Counted from the stretch's first letter, positions 36,181 to 44,834 are shown. The stretch: 64,000 nt of DNA from Candidatus Aminicenantes bacterium (GCA_963770045.1 CAVYOD010000022.1:41173-105172), one strand, 5' to 3'. Notes: a model not told the origin generated them from the sequence alone. Made by a program: numbers and translations.

Positions 36181-37528
36181 AGCGGCCAACATCCTGATCA
36201 TCGATGACGAAGAATCCATCCAGGATTCTCTCCGTCAGGTTCTGCGCAAAGAGGGCTTCCAGGTCAAGATTGCCAAGGACGGCCATGAAGGACTCGCCCT
36301 TTTCAACAGCGAGAATTATCAGGCGGTCTTCCTTGACCTGAGGCTTCCCGGGATCAAAGGCATGCAGGTGTTGAGCCAGATCAAAGAGACAAACCCCGAG
36401 ACTCCTGTGATTATCATCACCGGCTATGCTTCGATCGAATCGGCTGTCGAAGCCATCAAACGGGGAGCGTTTGATTATATGGCCAAGCCGTTTACGCCGG
36501 AGGAAGTGCGAATCATCACCAAAAAAGCCCTGGACAGCCGGAAAATGCTCATTGAGAATATCTATCTCCGGAGCGAGCTGGAAGCCAAGACCGATTCCCA
36601 GATGGTCGTGGGCAAGAGCATGGCCATGAAGAAGGTCATGGATATCATCTGCCGGGTGAGCCCGACCGAAACCACTGTCCTGATCACCGGAGAGAGCGGG
36701 ACGGGAAAAGAACTCATCGCCCAGGAGATCCATCGTCACAGCCTCAGGTTCAAAGCGCCTTTTGTCGTTGTCGACTGCGGGGCGCTCGTGGAGACCCTCT
36801 TCGAAAGCGAGCTTTTTGGCCACGTCAAAGGGTCCTTCACCGGGGCCCACGAAACAAAACACGGCCGTTTTGAAGTCGCCCACGGAGGCACGATTTTCTT
36901 CGACGAAATCAGCAATATCAGTCTCAACATCCAGGCCAAACTTCTCCGGGTCATCCAGGAGCGGGAAGTCACCCGGATCGGCAGCTCCAAGCCGATTAAG
37001 GTTGATGTCCGCATTCTCGCCGCGACGAACGAGAATCTGGCCGAGGCGGTAAGCAAAGGGAAGTTCAGGGAAGACCTTTTTTACCGTCTCAGCGTCGTCC
37101 CCGTCCATCTGCCGCCGCTCAGGGAAAGAAAAGAAGACGTCCCTTCTCTGGTGGAGCACTTTCTGCAAAAATATAACAAAAAGGCGAAAAAGAACATCAA
37201 AGGTATATCCCCGCAAGCCCTCAAAGCTCTGACGGAGTATGACTGGCCGGGAAACATCCGGGAGCTCGAAAACACGATTGAGCGAGCCGTTGTCCTTTCC
37301 AAGGGAAACGGTCTGGACATCGAAGACCTCATGTATCACGGCATTAGCGCCAGCTCCTCGATCCTCCCCCCGCTCGGTGGAAAATATAAAACCTTGGAAG
37401 AAATCGAAAAAGAATACATCAAGGGTGTCCTCAGGGCCCAATACGGAAACAAAAGCCGGTCCGCGAACATCCTCGGGATTGATCGTAAAACCCTCTGGGC
37501 CAAAATCAAAAGGTTCGGCTTCAAGTAA
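36173..37528 (+). CDS. sigma-54-dependent response regulator (NtrC family: REC-AAA+-Fis HTH)
   Basis: Start at ATG 36173 (overlaps the kinase stop). ILIIDDEESI..FLDLRLPG, GESGTGKE, ESELFGHVKGSFTGA, C-terminal NKSRSANILGIDRKTLWAKIKRFG. Confidence 0.9.
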   Translation: MVEAANILIIDDEESIQDSLRQVLRKEGFQVKIAKDGHEGLALFNSENYQAVFLDLRLPGIKGMQVLSQIKETNPETPVIIITGYASIESAVEAIKRGAFDYMAKPFTPEEVRIITKKALDSRKMLIENIYLRSELEAKTDSQMVVGKSMAMKKVMDIICRVSPTETTVLITGESGTGKELIAQEIHRHSLRFKAPFVVVDCGALVETLFESELFGHVKGSFTGAHETKHGRFEVAHGGTIFFDEISNISLNIQAKLLRVIQEREVTRIGSSKPIKVDVRILAATNENLAEAVSKGKFREDLFYRLSVVPVHLPPLRERKEDVPSLVEHFLQKYNKKAKKNIKGISPQALKALTEYDWPGNIRELENTIERAVVLSKGNGLDIEDLMYHGISASSSILPPLGGKYKTLEEIEKEYIKGVLRAQYGNKSRSANILGIDRKTLWAKIKRFGFK

Positions 37529-37556
37529 CGAGACGTCCTCTTTTTGCCCAGCGATT

Positions 37557-37569
37557 GGGGAAAAATGCC
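37557..37569 (+). promoter_or_regulatory. candidate enhancer (UAS) motif GGGGAAAAATGCC
   Basis: Identical 13-mer also at 42484-42496 and a near-copy at 53820-53832 (minus). Each lies about 110-135 bp upstream of a sigma-54 -24 element. Confidence 0.45.
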
Positions 37570-37686
37570 ACTATGCCTCGGGCCGGGCGCTTCCCTGATC
37601 GTCATGTCTAACTCCTTGATCCGTCCAATTCCTTTTTTATCAACAAAATAAGAAATCTCGGCGATTCGCCTGTCCAGGCCAGGATT

Positions 37687-37703
37687 AGGCATATAAGTTG
37701 CAT
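37687..37703 (+). promoter_or_regulatory. sigma-54 (-24/-12) promoter upstream of the group 3b-like hydrogenase operon
   Basis: TAGGCAT-ATAAG-TTGCA. GG and GC are separated by exactly 10 nt. About 85 nt before ATG 37787. Confidence 0.65.
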
Positions 37704-37786
37704 TAAAGATGAGCTTACAGGTCGTGTATTTTTATGCGCGATAACGTTTTATCTCTCAGAAAAATATGGACTAAAGGAATAATGGC

Positions 37787-38902
37787 ATGAGAGTCATCAA
37801 ACTCAAGAGGGCACAATTTTACCCTTTTCTAGAAACAATCTCCAAGGAGGCGGAGCTGTGGGCGCCCGTGGCTAAGCCGAGTCACGGCGTTTCCTATGAG
37901 GCCAAGGACGCCTACTGGGTTCCTCTCTCGAACCGAGAGAAATACTCGTTCGAACTGGTCCGGGATTTTTCTCAGATCGCTATGAATGCCACTCGCACAA
38001 TCATCCCGCCCAAAAAACTCTTCCATCCCGCCTACTTCAACACGTTTTTCTTCTCCGAAGACGGCTATAAAGAGGATTTTTCTCATATCCGCAAAAGAAT
38101 CCTCTTCGGCATCCATTCCTGCGATATCCATGGCCTCCTCTTCTTGGACAAGCTCTTTTATCAGGCCTATCTGGATCCCTATTGGCTCAAGGCAAGGGAG
38201 CAAACCCTGATCCTGGGCCTCTCTTGCTGGCCGGATGAGTACTGTTTCTGCCGGTCTACGAGAACCCACCTGATTGAAGAGGGCTACGACCTGTTCTTCA
38301 CCGACCTCGGAGATTATTTCCTGGTCTGGGTGGGTTCGAGCAAAGGTCACGATCTCATCCGGTTGGCCCCGGAGATGTTCGAAGAAAATCTCTCGGATCG
38401 AGATATTCAGGCCTACATTCACTGGCAGGACGAGCGCTCGCGCGCGTTTAAAATGGAAATCAATTTCATCACCATGCCCGACCTCATGGAGCTCAACTTT
38501 CGGGCTCCCTTCTGGGAGAAAGTGGGAAATGCCTGCCTGGCCTGCGGTTCCTGCACGATGGTCTGCCCGGACTGCAATTGCTACAATATTGTCGATAAAG
38601 TCCCCTTGGGCAACAAGCCCGGCAAGAGAATTCGCCATTGGGATTCCTGCACCCTTCACGATTACTCTCTTGTGGCCGGCGGGGAAAACTTCAGGGAGAA
38701 AAAGTCGGAGAGGCTAAAGCTCTGGTACACCCACAAGCTTCAAGCTTATGTGAGCAAGTATGGAAAACCAAGCTGTGTCGGCTGCGGGCGTTGCCTGGTC
38801 ACCTGCCCGGTCGAAATCAACGTCAAGACGGTCGCCGACGCCCTCGAAGGCAAAGAAGCGGATGCTTTTTGGAACAGATTGAAACCCGAGGTGGAAAAAT
38901 GA
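37787..38902 (+). CDS. sulfhydrogenase beta-type subunit (AsrA-like 4Fe-4S protein)
   Basis: 371-aa ORF. CLACGSCTMVCPDCNC and CVGCGRCLVTCP motifs. First gene of a four-gene beta-gamma-delta-alpha arrangement. Confidence 0.8.
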   Translation: MRVIKLKRAQFYPFLETISKEAELWAPVAKPSHGVSYEAKDAYWVPLSNREKYSFELVRDFSQIAMNATRTIIPPKKLFHPAYFNTFFFSEDGYKEDFSHIRKRILFGIHSCDIHGLLFLDKLFYQAYLDPYWLKAREQTLILGLSCWPDEYCFCRSTRTHLIEEGYDLFFTDLGDYFLVWVGSSKGHDLIRLAPEMFEENLSDRDIQAYIHWQDERSRAFKMEINFITMPDLMELNFRAPFWEKVGNACLACGSCTMVCPDCNCYNIVDKVPLGNKPGKRIRHWDSCTLHDYSLVAGGENFREKKSERLKLWYTHKLQAYVSKYGKPSCVGCGRCLVTCPVEINVKTVADALEGKEADAFWNRLKPEVEK

Positions 38903-39759
38903 ACAGAGAATCCCAGTGTTTGTCCGAGGCCAATCCCTTCACGCCTGAGCAGGCCCGCATCGTCCGGACTTACCCCTTGACCCGCGACGTCAGGTTTTTC
39001 CAGGTCCGGTTCGTCGATATGGACAAAGCATTGTCCTTTAAGTATAAAGCGGGGCAGTTCGCCATGATTTCTGTCCCCGGAGCCGGAGAGGCTCCCTTCT
39101 GCCTCTCTTCGACGCCCTCGAGACCCGGCCTGCTCGAATTCTGCATCCGGAAAGTCGGGGCCGTCACCAACGCTCTTTTCCGGATGAAGGAGAACGCCTC
39201 GATCGGAGTCCGGGGTCCTTACGGCAATGGTTTTCCTGTCGAAGCCATGACGGGGAAAGATATCATCATCGTCGTGGGGGGGATGGGTGTCGCCCCGCTC
39301 CGTTCCGTGCTCCTGTACTGTTTGGATAACCGCAATCAGTTCAGGAATGTTTCCCTCCTCTACGGGGCGAAGAGACCTTCGGAAATGATCTTCCGCGAGG
39401 AGTATTTTGCCTTGAAAGAACGAGGGGACCTCGATTGCCACCTCGCCGTCGATGCCGACGACACCGGTCAATGGACCGAGAAGATCGGCGTCGTGACGAC
39501 CCTCTTCCCTTATCTGAAAAAGGTCGACCCCGCCAAAACCTTCGCCCTGGTTTGCGGCCCTCCTGTCATGTATAAATTCGTAATCAAAGAGCTGATCAAG
39601 CTTGACATTCCCAAGGAGCAGATCCTGATGACGCTGGAAAGGCGGATGAAGTGCGGTGTCGGCAAATGCGGCCATTGTGCCATCGATTATATCTACACTT
39701 GCCTCGACGGGCCGGTCTTCAACTACTGGGATGTGATTCACATGAGGGAGCTCATCTGA
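38899..39759 (+). CDS. sulfhydrogenase gamma-type subunit (AsrB/PyrK-like FAD/NAD(P)-binding [2Fe-2S] protein)
   Basis: Start at ATG 38899 (ATGA overlap). RFFQVRF..GQFAMISVPG, VVGGMGVAP, C-terminal RMKCGVGKCGHCAI...C. Confidence 0.8.
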   Translation: MNRESQCLSEANPFTPEQARIVRTYPLTRDVRFFQVRFVDMDKALSFKYKAGQFAMISVPGAGEAPFCLSSTPSRPGLLEFCIRKVGAVTNALFRMKENASIGVRGPYGNGFPVEAMTGKDIIIVVGGMGVAPLRSVLLYCLDNRNQFRNVSLLYGAKRPSEMIFREEYFALKERGDLDCHLAVDADDTGQWTEKIGVVTTLFPYLKKVDPAKTFALVCGPPVMYKFVIKELIKLDIPKEQILMTLERRMKCGVGKCGHCAIDYIYTCLDGPVFNYWDVIHMRELI

Positions 39760-39769
39760 GGAGGAGACG

Positions 39770-40552
39770 ATGGACAAAACGAAACTCAAAATCGGAGTCT
39801 ACGAGCTCACCGGGTGTGCCGGCGATGCCCTCCTGATCCTTGACTGCGAAGAAGAGATCATTAACATTTTCAAAGCGGTCGATATCGAGGCCTTCCTTAT
39901 GGCCAAGAGCGATAATCGCGACGGCAAGCTGGACGTGGCCCTGGTCGAAGGGTCGGTCTCGAGCGAGAAGGAAATCGAAGAACTCCTCGATATCCGCAAG
40001 CGATCCAAGATCGTTGTGGCCATCGGAATCTGTTCCTGCCTCGGAGGGATTCAGGCGGCCTTCCTCGATCCGAAAGATTGGAAGGAGAACTATAAAAAAA
40101 TCTATGGCGACATGGAGATGGTCAACACCAAGGCCCTCCAGCCCAAACCCATCGACGCCTACGTCAAAGTTGACTATTATCTCCCCGGCTGCCCCATCGG
40201 CAAGGATCAATTTCTCTCGACCCTCACCAGGATCATCTCGGGGAATCCCCCGGATATCTATAACTTTCCCGTCTGTGTGGAATGCAAATGGAACGAGAAT
40301 GACTGCCTTCTCAATAAGAATATCCTCTGCCTGGGCCCCCTGACCCTCGCCGGCTGTGGATCGGTCTGTATCAATTACAACCTGCCCTGCGTCGGCTGCT
40401 GGGGTCCCACCGCAGAGGCCAACCGGACCTCCGAATACGAACTCTTGATGGCCAAAGGGTTTGATGAGCGGCACATCAAAAACAAAATGGCCAACTTTAG
40501 CGGCACGCGGGTCAAAGACTTCTTCGCCGGACTGCAAGGAGACAAGAAATGA
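39770..40552 (+). CDS. [NiFe]-hydrogenase small (delta-type) subunit
   Basis: 260-aa ORF. YELTGCAGDALLIL, AIGICSCLGGIQ, YYLPGCP, CVECK...CLGP..AGCGSVC..PCVGCWGP. Confidence 0.85.
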   Translation: MDKTKLKIGVYELTGCAGDALLILDCEEEIINIFKAVDIEAFLMAKSDNRDGKLDVALVEGSVSSEKEIEELLDIRKRSKIVVAIGICSCLGGIQAAFLDPKDWKENYKKIYGDMEMVNTKALQPKPIDAYVKVDYYLPGCPIGKDQFLSTLTRIISGNPPDIYNFPVCVECKWNENDCLLNKNILCLGPLTLAGCGSVCINYNLPCVGCWGPTAEANRTSEYELLMAKGFDERHIKNKMANFSGTRVKDFFAGLQGDKK

Positions 40553-42306
40553 AGACAATAACGATAGAGCACCTGGCCAGGGTGGAAGGGAATGGAGGAG
40601 TCACCGCGACGATCGACGGAAATAAAGTCACCGAGGTGAGATTTTTCGTCAACGAAGCCCCCCGACTCATCGAACGGCTGACCGTGGGGAAAACCCCGGA
40701 AGAAGATGTCAACCTGGTCCCCAGGATTTGTGCCATCTGCACACTCTCCCACAAATATGCGGTCCTCCGAGCCATGGAGCGAGCCCTGGCTGTCAACGTC
40801 CCTCCCAAGGTAACCCTCCTCAGAGATCTGATGCACTTGGGTGAAATGATCGAAAGCCATTCTCTCCACACCTACCTGCTCGCACTCCCTGATTACCTGG
40901 GATTCCCGAATGCCATTGCCATGGCCTCCAAGCATCCCTTCGAGGCCAAGATCGCCCTGGAGATGAAGCAATTCGGCAACCACATCATGGCCATAATGAG
41001 CGGACGGTACATCCACGGGGAAAATCCCGTCATCGGAGGATTTGGAAAATACCCCTCTCGGGAGGAGCTCCTCTGGATTAAGAACCGGGCCCTCCAATTC
41101 TTGCCGTTCGCTCTGAAGACCGCAAAAATATTCGCCGAACTCTCCTATCCGGATAGCCCCGAGGCCGAGACACAATATGCCTGCTGCAATCCCGGCGACG
41201 GGAAATACGGCTTCGTGGGAGACGAGATCATCGTCTCCGGCGGCGAGATCATCGATGCTCAGGACTATCGAACCCTCACTCATGAGTACCTTGTTTCTCA
41301 TTCCTACTGCAAAAGAAGCCTCTACAAAGACAGGCCCTATTCGGTCGGAGCTCTGGCCCGTGTCAATAACCTGGGCGAACGGCTCGATGGAGAAGCGGGC
41401 AAGGCCTTCAAAAAATACTTTGGACCCCGCTGGAAAAAGAATCCACTCTTCAATAACGCGGCTCAGGCCCTCGAACTGCTTTATTCCTTCGAGAGAGTCC
41501 CCGCCGTCATCGATCAGGCTCTTAAGCTCCCGGACCCCGGCTTGGTCAAATACACCAAAACGGCGGGGAAAGGAGCCGGCGCAGTTGAGGCCCCCAGGGG
41601 CACGCTCTTTCATTATTACGAAATCACCAAAGGGAGGGTGAGCTTCAGCGACATCATCACCCCAACGGCCCAGAACGCCGACGATATCGAACGATATTGT
41701 CTCCTGGCCGCCCAGAAACTGCTCGATGCCGGGAAGGAAGAAAGCATCAGGGACAGGATGGACTTGGTCATACGTTCCTATGACCCCTGCATCAGCTGCT
41801 CCGTTCATCTGGCCGAGGTCAGCAAAGCCCCTGAGGACAACTGGAGAGAACAACTCTCTAGGATTCCTCCTGGCCAGCTGCCCGTTTTTGTCGGCTTGGG
41901 GGTGGCGAGCCGGTCCGATGACGGCGTCGGGGCCCGACTGGCTCTGGCCCTGCGCGAGTCAGGATTCAGGGATGCCTGGCTTGAGCCGGAGCCGGCTGCG
42001 AAAGACCTCTGCCAACCAGGTTATTCATCGCGTCCGATCATTTTTATCGATGCCCTGGATTTTGGAGAGAGACCTGGACGGATCGCTTTTTTTCCGCTCC
42101 GGCAAGCTGCCTGGAATTCAGGCCTGAGCCACCGTCTTTCTCCGTTTCTTGGAGCCGGACTGACTTATGCACAGCTTGAAAATTCCTATCTTCTGGGTAT
42201 TCAGCCGGAGAGACTGGAAGAGGGTGACCGGCTTTCCGAGCCGGTCCGCAAAGCCCTGGAAAGAGTTCTTGACGAGATAAAACATCGCCCAGCCTGGCGG
42301 TCATAA
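40549..42306 (+). CDS. [NiFe]-hydrogenase large (alpha-type) subunit fused in frame to a hydrogenase maturation endopeptidase-like domain
   Basis: 585-aa ORF. RICAICTLSH and DPCISCSVH (His at about aa 420). A further 165 aa carry VFVGLGVASRSDDGVG, IIFIDALDFGERPG, SHRLS and LLGIQPE..LSEPV, the HybD/HycI-type pattern. Confidence 0.75.
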   Translation: MKTITIEHLARVEGNGGVTATIDGNKVTEVRFFVNEAPRLIERLTVGKTPEEDVNLVPRICAICTLSHKYAVLRAMERALAVNVPPKVTLLRDLMHLGEMIESHSLHTYLLALPDYLGFPNAIAMASKHPFEAKIALEMKQFGNHIMAIMSGRYIHGENPVIGGFGKYPSREELLWIKNRALQFLPFALKTAKIFAELSYPDSPEAETQYACCNPGDGKYGFVGDEIIVSGGEIIDAQDYRTLTHEYLVSHSYCKRSLYKDRPYSVGALARVNNLGERLDGEAGKAFKKYFGPRWKKNPLFNNAAQALELLYSFERVPAVIDQALKLPDPGLVKYTKTAGKGAGAVEAPRGTLFHYYEITKGRVSFSDIITPTAQNADDIERYCLLAAQKLLDAGKEESIRDRMDLVIRSYDPCISCSVHLAEVSKAPEDNWREQLSRIPPGQLPVFVGLGVASRSDDGVGARLALALRESGFRDAWLEPEPAAKDLCQPGYSSRPIIFIDALDFGERPGRIAFFPLRQAAWNSGLSHRLSPFLGAGLTYAQLENSYLLGIQPERLEEGDRLSEPVRKALERVLDEIKHRPAWRS

Positions 42307-42483
42307 ATCACAAAGTGATATCATAATCATCACTTTGCCTGCCTCATTAATCCTGCATCAATAAATCGCTGCTGGGCGATTCCTTTTCTCATACGACAAA
42401 AATTGATTGCCAGGCGGCCTTCGACATGTTAGAATGCCCGAGGCTGGGCGGTTTCGGAAGCTAGGGAATATTGGACGAGGGAA

Positions 42484-42496
42484 GGGGAAAAATGCC
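42484..42496 (+). promoter_or_regulatory. candidate enhancer (UAS) motif GGGGAAAAATGCC
   Basis: Same 13-mer as 37557-37569. 113 bp upstream of the -24 GG at 42609. Confidence 0.45.
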
Positions 42497-42607
42497 CCAG
42501 ACCCTCTCGGCGAACTCAAGACTCGAGGGCAGGCGCGCTGAATGTCTTGTTATTCGATTATTATCAACAACTTAGAGATAAGCTCTTTTTTCTTAGCAGC
42601 CCAAGGT

Positions 42608-42623
42608 TGGCACATTAATTGCT
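42608..42623 (+). promoter_or_regulatory. sigma-54 (-24/-12) promoter upstream of the REC/REC/hybrid-kinase/hyp gene string
   Basis: TGGCAC-ATTAA-TTGCT, a near-perfect consensus, about 28 nt before ATG 42650. Confidence 0.75.
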
Positions 42624-42649
42624 CTAGGCTGAATATCAGGGATCTCAAG

Positions 42650-43021
42650 ATGGCCGAGCTAGAGAAAAGAGTTTTGATCATTGACGCCGACCCGAAGGCG
42701 AGGAGAGATCTGGCTTCCTCCTTGAAAACTGAAGATTATCATGTTGAAACCGGCCGGGGGCTTTCCGAGGCCATCAAGATGATTTCCCAAGGTTGCTTCG
42801 AATGCCTGATCCTCGACGTGGACCTTCCCGAGATGAAGGGCTATGAGGCCGTCTCGATCCTGAAAAACCTCGATCCGCGCTTAAAAATCATCATGACCAC
42901 GGCGAGGAATAGCAAACGTCTCGAAGCCAAGGTCAGAGAACAGGACATCTTCTTCTATTTCATCAAGTCGTTCGGAAAAGATGAATTGAAGCTCGCAATC
43001 AATAACGCCTTTAACCAGTAA
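42650..43021 (+). CDS. single-domain response regulator (REC only)
   Basis: Start moved to ATG 42650, because the longer ORF would contain the sigma-54 promoter. VLIIDADP...LILDVDLPEMKG...IMTTA...K. Confidence 0.8.
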   Translation: MAELEKRVLIIDADPKARRDLASSLKTEDYHVETGRGLSEAIKMISQGCFECLILDVDLPEMKGYEAVSILKNLDPRLKIIMTTARNSKRLEAKVREQDIFFYFIKSFGKDELKLAINNAFNQ

Positions 43022-43041
43022 AGGAGGAAGGAGAAAACACC

Positions 43042-43449
43042 ATGGCAAAAACCGCGCCAAAGATTTTGGTCATTGATGACGACCCCGATTTCAGGGATGC
43101 CGTGACCCCGATCCTAAAATCGGCCCTGTATGAAGTCGCGACCGCCGCAAACCCCACAGAGGCAAAGGCCAAGATTCTTTCGGAAAAACCCGACCTCATT
43201 CTCCTGGATATCATGATGGACAGCCTCTTTGACGGATTTTCCCTCTGCCATGCCATCAAGACATCTAAAGAATATAAAGACTTCAAAGACACGCCGGTCA
43301 TTTTCGTCTCAGCCGTCAAAGAAATCGCGGGCACCCGATTTCAATTCAAGGGCGATGAACAGGGCATGACCGGTCCCGATGATTACATCGACAAGCCGGT
43401 CAAGCCCGACGATCTGCTGGCCAGGATCGCAAAGCTCCTCAATAAATAA
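43042..43449 (+). CDS. single-domain response regulator (REC only)
   Basis: 135-aa ORF with GGAGGAAGGAG RBS. ILVIDDDPD...LILLDIMMD...IFVSA...DYIDKP. Confidence 0.85.
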   Translation: MAKTAPKILVIDDDPDFRDAVTPILKSALYEVATAANPTEAKAKILSEKPDLILLDIMMDSLFDGFSLCHAIKTSKEYKDFKDTPVIFVSAVKEIAGTRFQFKGDEQGMTGPDDYIDKPVKPDDLLARIAKLLNK

Positions 43450-43467
43450 GGGCGTCATCTCGGCCTG

Positions 43468-43608
43468 GGGGACGTTCCCCAAGGGGCTACCCTGTTCTTC
43501 TTAACAACCGATCATCATCCCTAAGTTCCGTTCGGTCTGATTTTCTTTCTTGACAATTCTGACGCAATGATAAAAATCGCAAAGGATGTCCCCTTGGGGA
43601 ACGTCCCC
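43468..43608. repeat. 19-bp perfect inverted repeat bracketing a 103-bp spacer with a promoter-like sequence
   Basis: Left arm 43468-43486 GGGGACGTTCCCCAAGGGG. Right arm 43590-43608 is its exact reverse complement. The spacer contains TTGACA (43550-43555) followed 15-16 nt later by TAAAAAT. Confidence 0.6.
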
Positions 43609-43719
43609 TATCCACCGTGACTGCGGAAAACACAGATTTTAGCTGAAAATGAAGCTATTATTGGAGTAAAATAAAGGGCTCCCGAGGGCGGGAGGGCAAT
43701 CCCAGAGGAGGCATGTCAG

Positions 43720-44817
43720 GTGGAAGAAAAAAGGCCGGTTATTCTCGTCATCGACGACGAGGAAGCCATGCGGGACTCTTGCTCCCAGATCCTCACCAAA
43801 AGCAACTTCCAGGCTGTAACGGCTGAGGACGGCTCGATTGGCCTGCAGAAACTCAAAGACCTTAAGCCCGAAGTGGCTCTGATCGACCTCAAAATGCCCG
43901 GAATCAGCGGCTTTGACGTATTGGAGAAGCTGCCCGAAATCGACCCCCATATCATTCCCATCGTCATCACCGGTTATGCGACTGTGGACTCAGCCGTCGA
44001 AGCGATGAAAAAAGGGGCCTATGACTTCTTGCCCAAACCTTTCACCCCTGAAGAACTGCGCATCATCATCAAACGCGCCCTGGAGAGGCGAAAACTGATC
44101 CTGGAAGCAGAAACCCTGCGGCAAGAGAAAAAGCTGATGGAAGAGAATTTTATAACGCTGGTGTCCCATCAGCTGCGGTCCCCTCTCGTGGCCATCCAGC
44201 AATATTTTGAAGTGATCCTCGCCGGGATGGCCGGCCAGGTCGACGAAAAAACAAAGGATATGATCCTTCGGGCCCGAGAGAGGCTGGATGGACTTCTCAA
44301 GTTGATCACCGATTGGCTGGATCTGGCCCGGATCAGCCGCGGCCGGATCGTTGACAAGTTCAGGCTATTCGACCTGAAGAGTCTGCTGGAAAAACAAATC
44401 GAGTTCATGCGTCCGTTCGCGCAGGAAAACTCCGTTTCGTTGGAATTGGCCGCCCCTTCGGCTTCGGTCAGCATTCAGGGGGACGAGCAGACCCTGGAAC
44501 AGGTTTTCTCCAACCTGATCAATAACGCCATCAAGTTTAACCGGCCGCAAGGGGTTGTGACGGTTCGCCTGAAGGAGGAGCCGGGCCTCGTTATTATCGA
44601 GGTCGAGGATACGGGAATAGGCATTGCTAAAGAACATATCCCCAACCTCTTCGCCCAATTCTATCAAGTGAACAGGAGAGAAGGACAGAAATACAAGAGC
44701 ACGGGACTCGGCCTTTCCATTGCCAAGAAGATCGTTGAAGCCCATAACGGTTCCATTCAGGTTACGAGTGAACTGGGGAAAGGCAGCACCTTCCGAGTTC
44801 TGTTGCCCAGATCATAA
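43720..44817 (+). CDS. hybrid REC-HisKA-HATPase sensor kinase
   Basis: 365-aa ORF (GTG start). VILVIDDEE..LIDLKMPG, H-box LVSHQLRSPL, NLINNAIKF, DTGIGI, GLGLSIAKK. Confidence 0.88.
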   Translation: MEEKRPVILVIDDEEAMRDSCSQILTKSNFQAVTAEDGSIGLQKLKDLKPEVALIDLKMPGISGFDVLEKLPEIDPHIIPIVITGYATVDSAVEAMKKGAYDFLPKPFTPEELRIIIKRALERRKLILEAETLRQEKKLMEENFITLVSHQLRSPLVAIQQYFEVILAGMAGQVDEKTKDMILRARERLDGLLKLITDWLDLARISRGRIVDKFRLFDLKSLLEKQIEFMRPFAQENSVSLELAAPSASVSIQGDEQTLEQVFSNLINNAIKFNRPQGVVTVRLKEEPGLVIIEVEDTGIGIAKEHIPNLFAQFYQVNRREGQKYKSTGLGLSIAKKIVEAHNGSIQVTSELGKGSTFRVLLPRS

Positions 44818-44834
44818 ACCCTCCAGGCCCCTCG

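Noticed and set aside
42405-42433. TTGCCA-17-TAGAAT promoter-like sequence and a 27-codon ORF (from ATG at ~42491) downstream of the hydrogenase operon
   Set aside because: It could drive a small RNA or leader, but there is no supporting structure or conservation visible. It overlaps the candidate enhancer region of the sigma-54 promoter.
42542-42649. N-terminal 36 codons of ORF 42542-43021
   Set aside because: This region contains a near-perfect sigma-54 promoter, and the receiver domain starts at the internal ATG 42650.
43465-43477. 13-mer CTGGGGGACGTTC repeated at 46413-46425, both just after stop codons
   Set aside because: A single shared 13-mer is within chance expectation for a 64-kb window. 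It was noted only as a possible edge of the repeat families.
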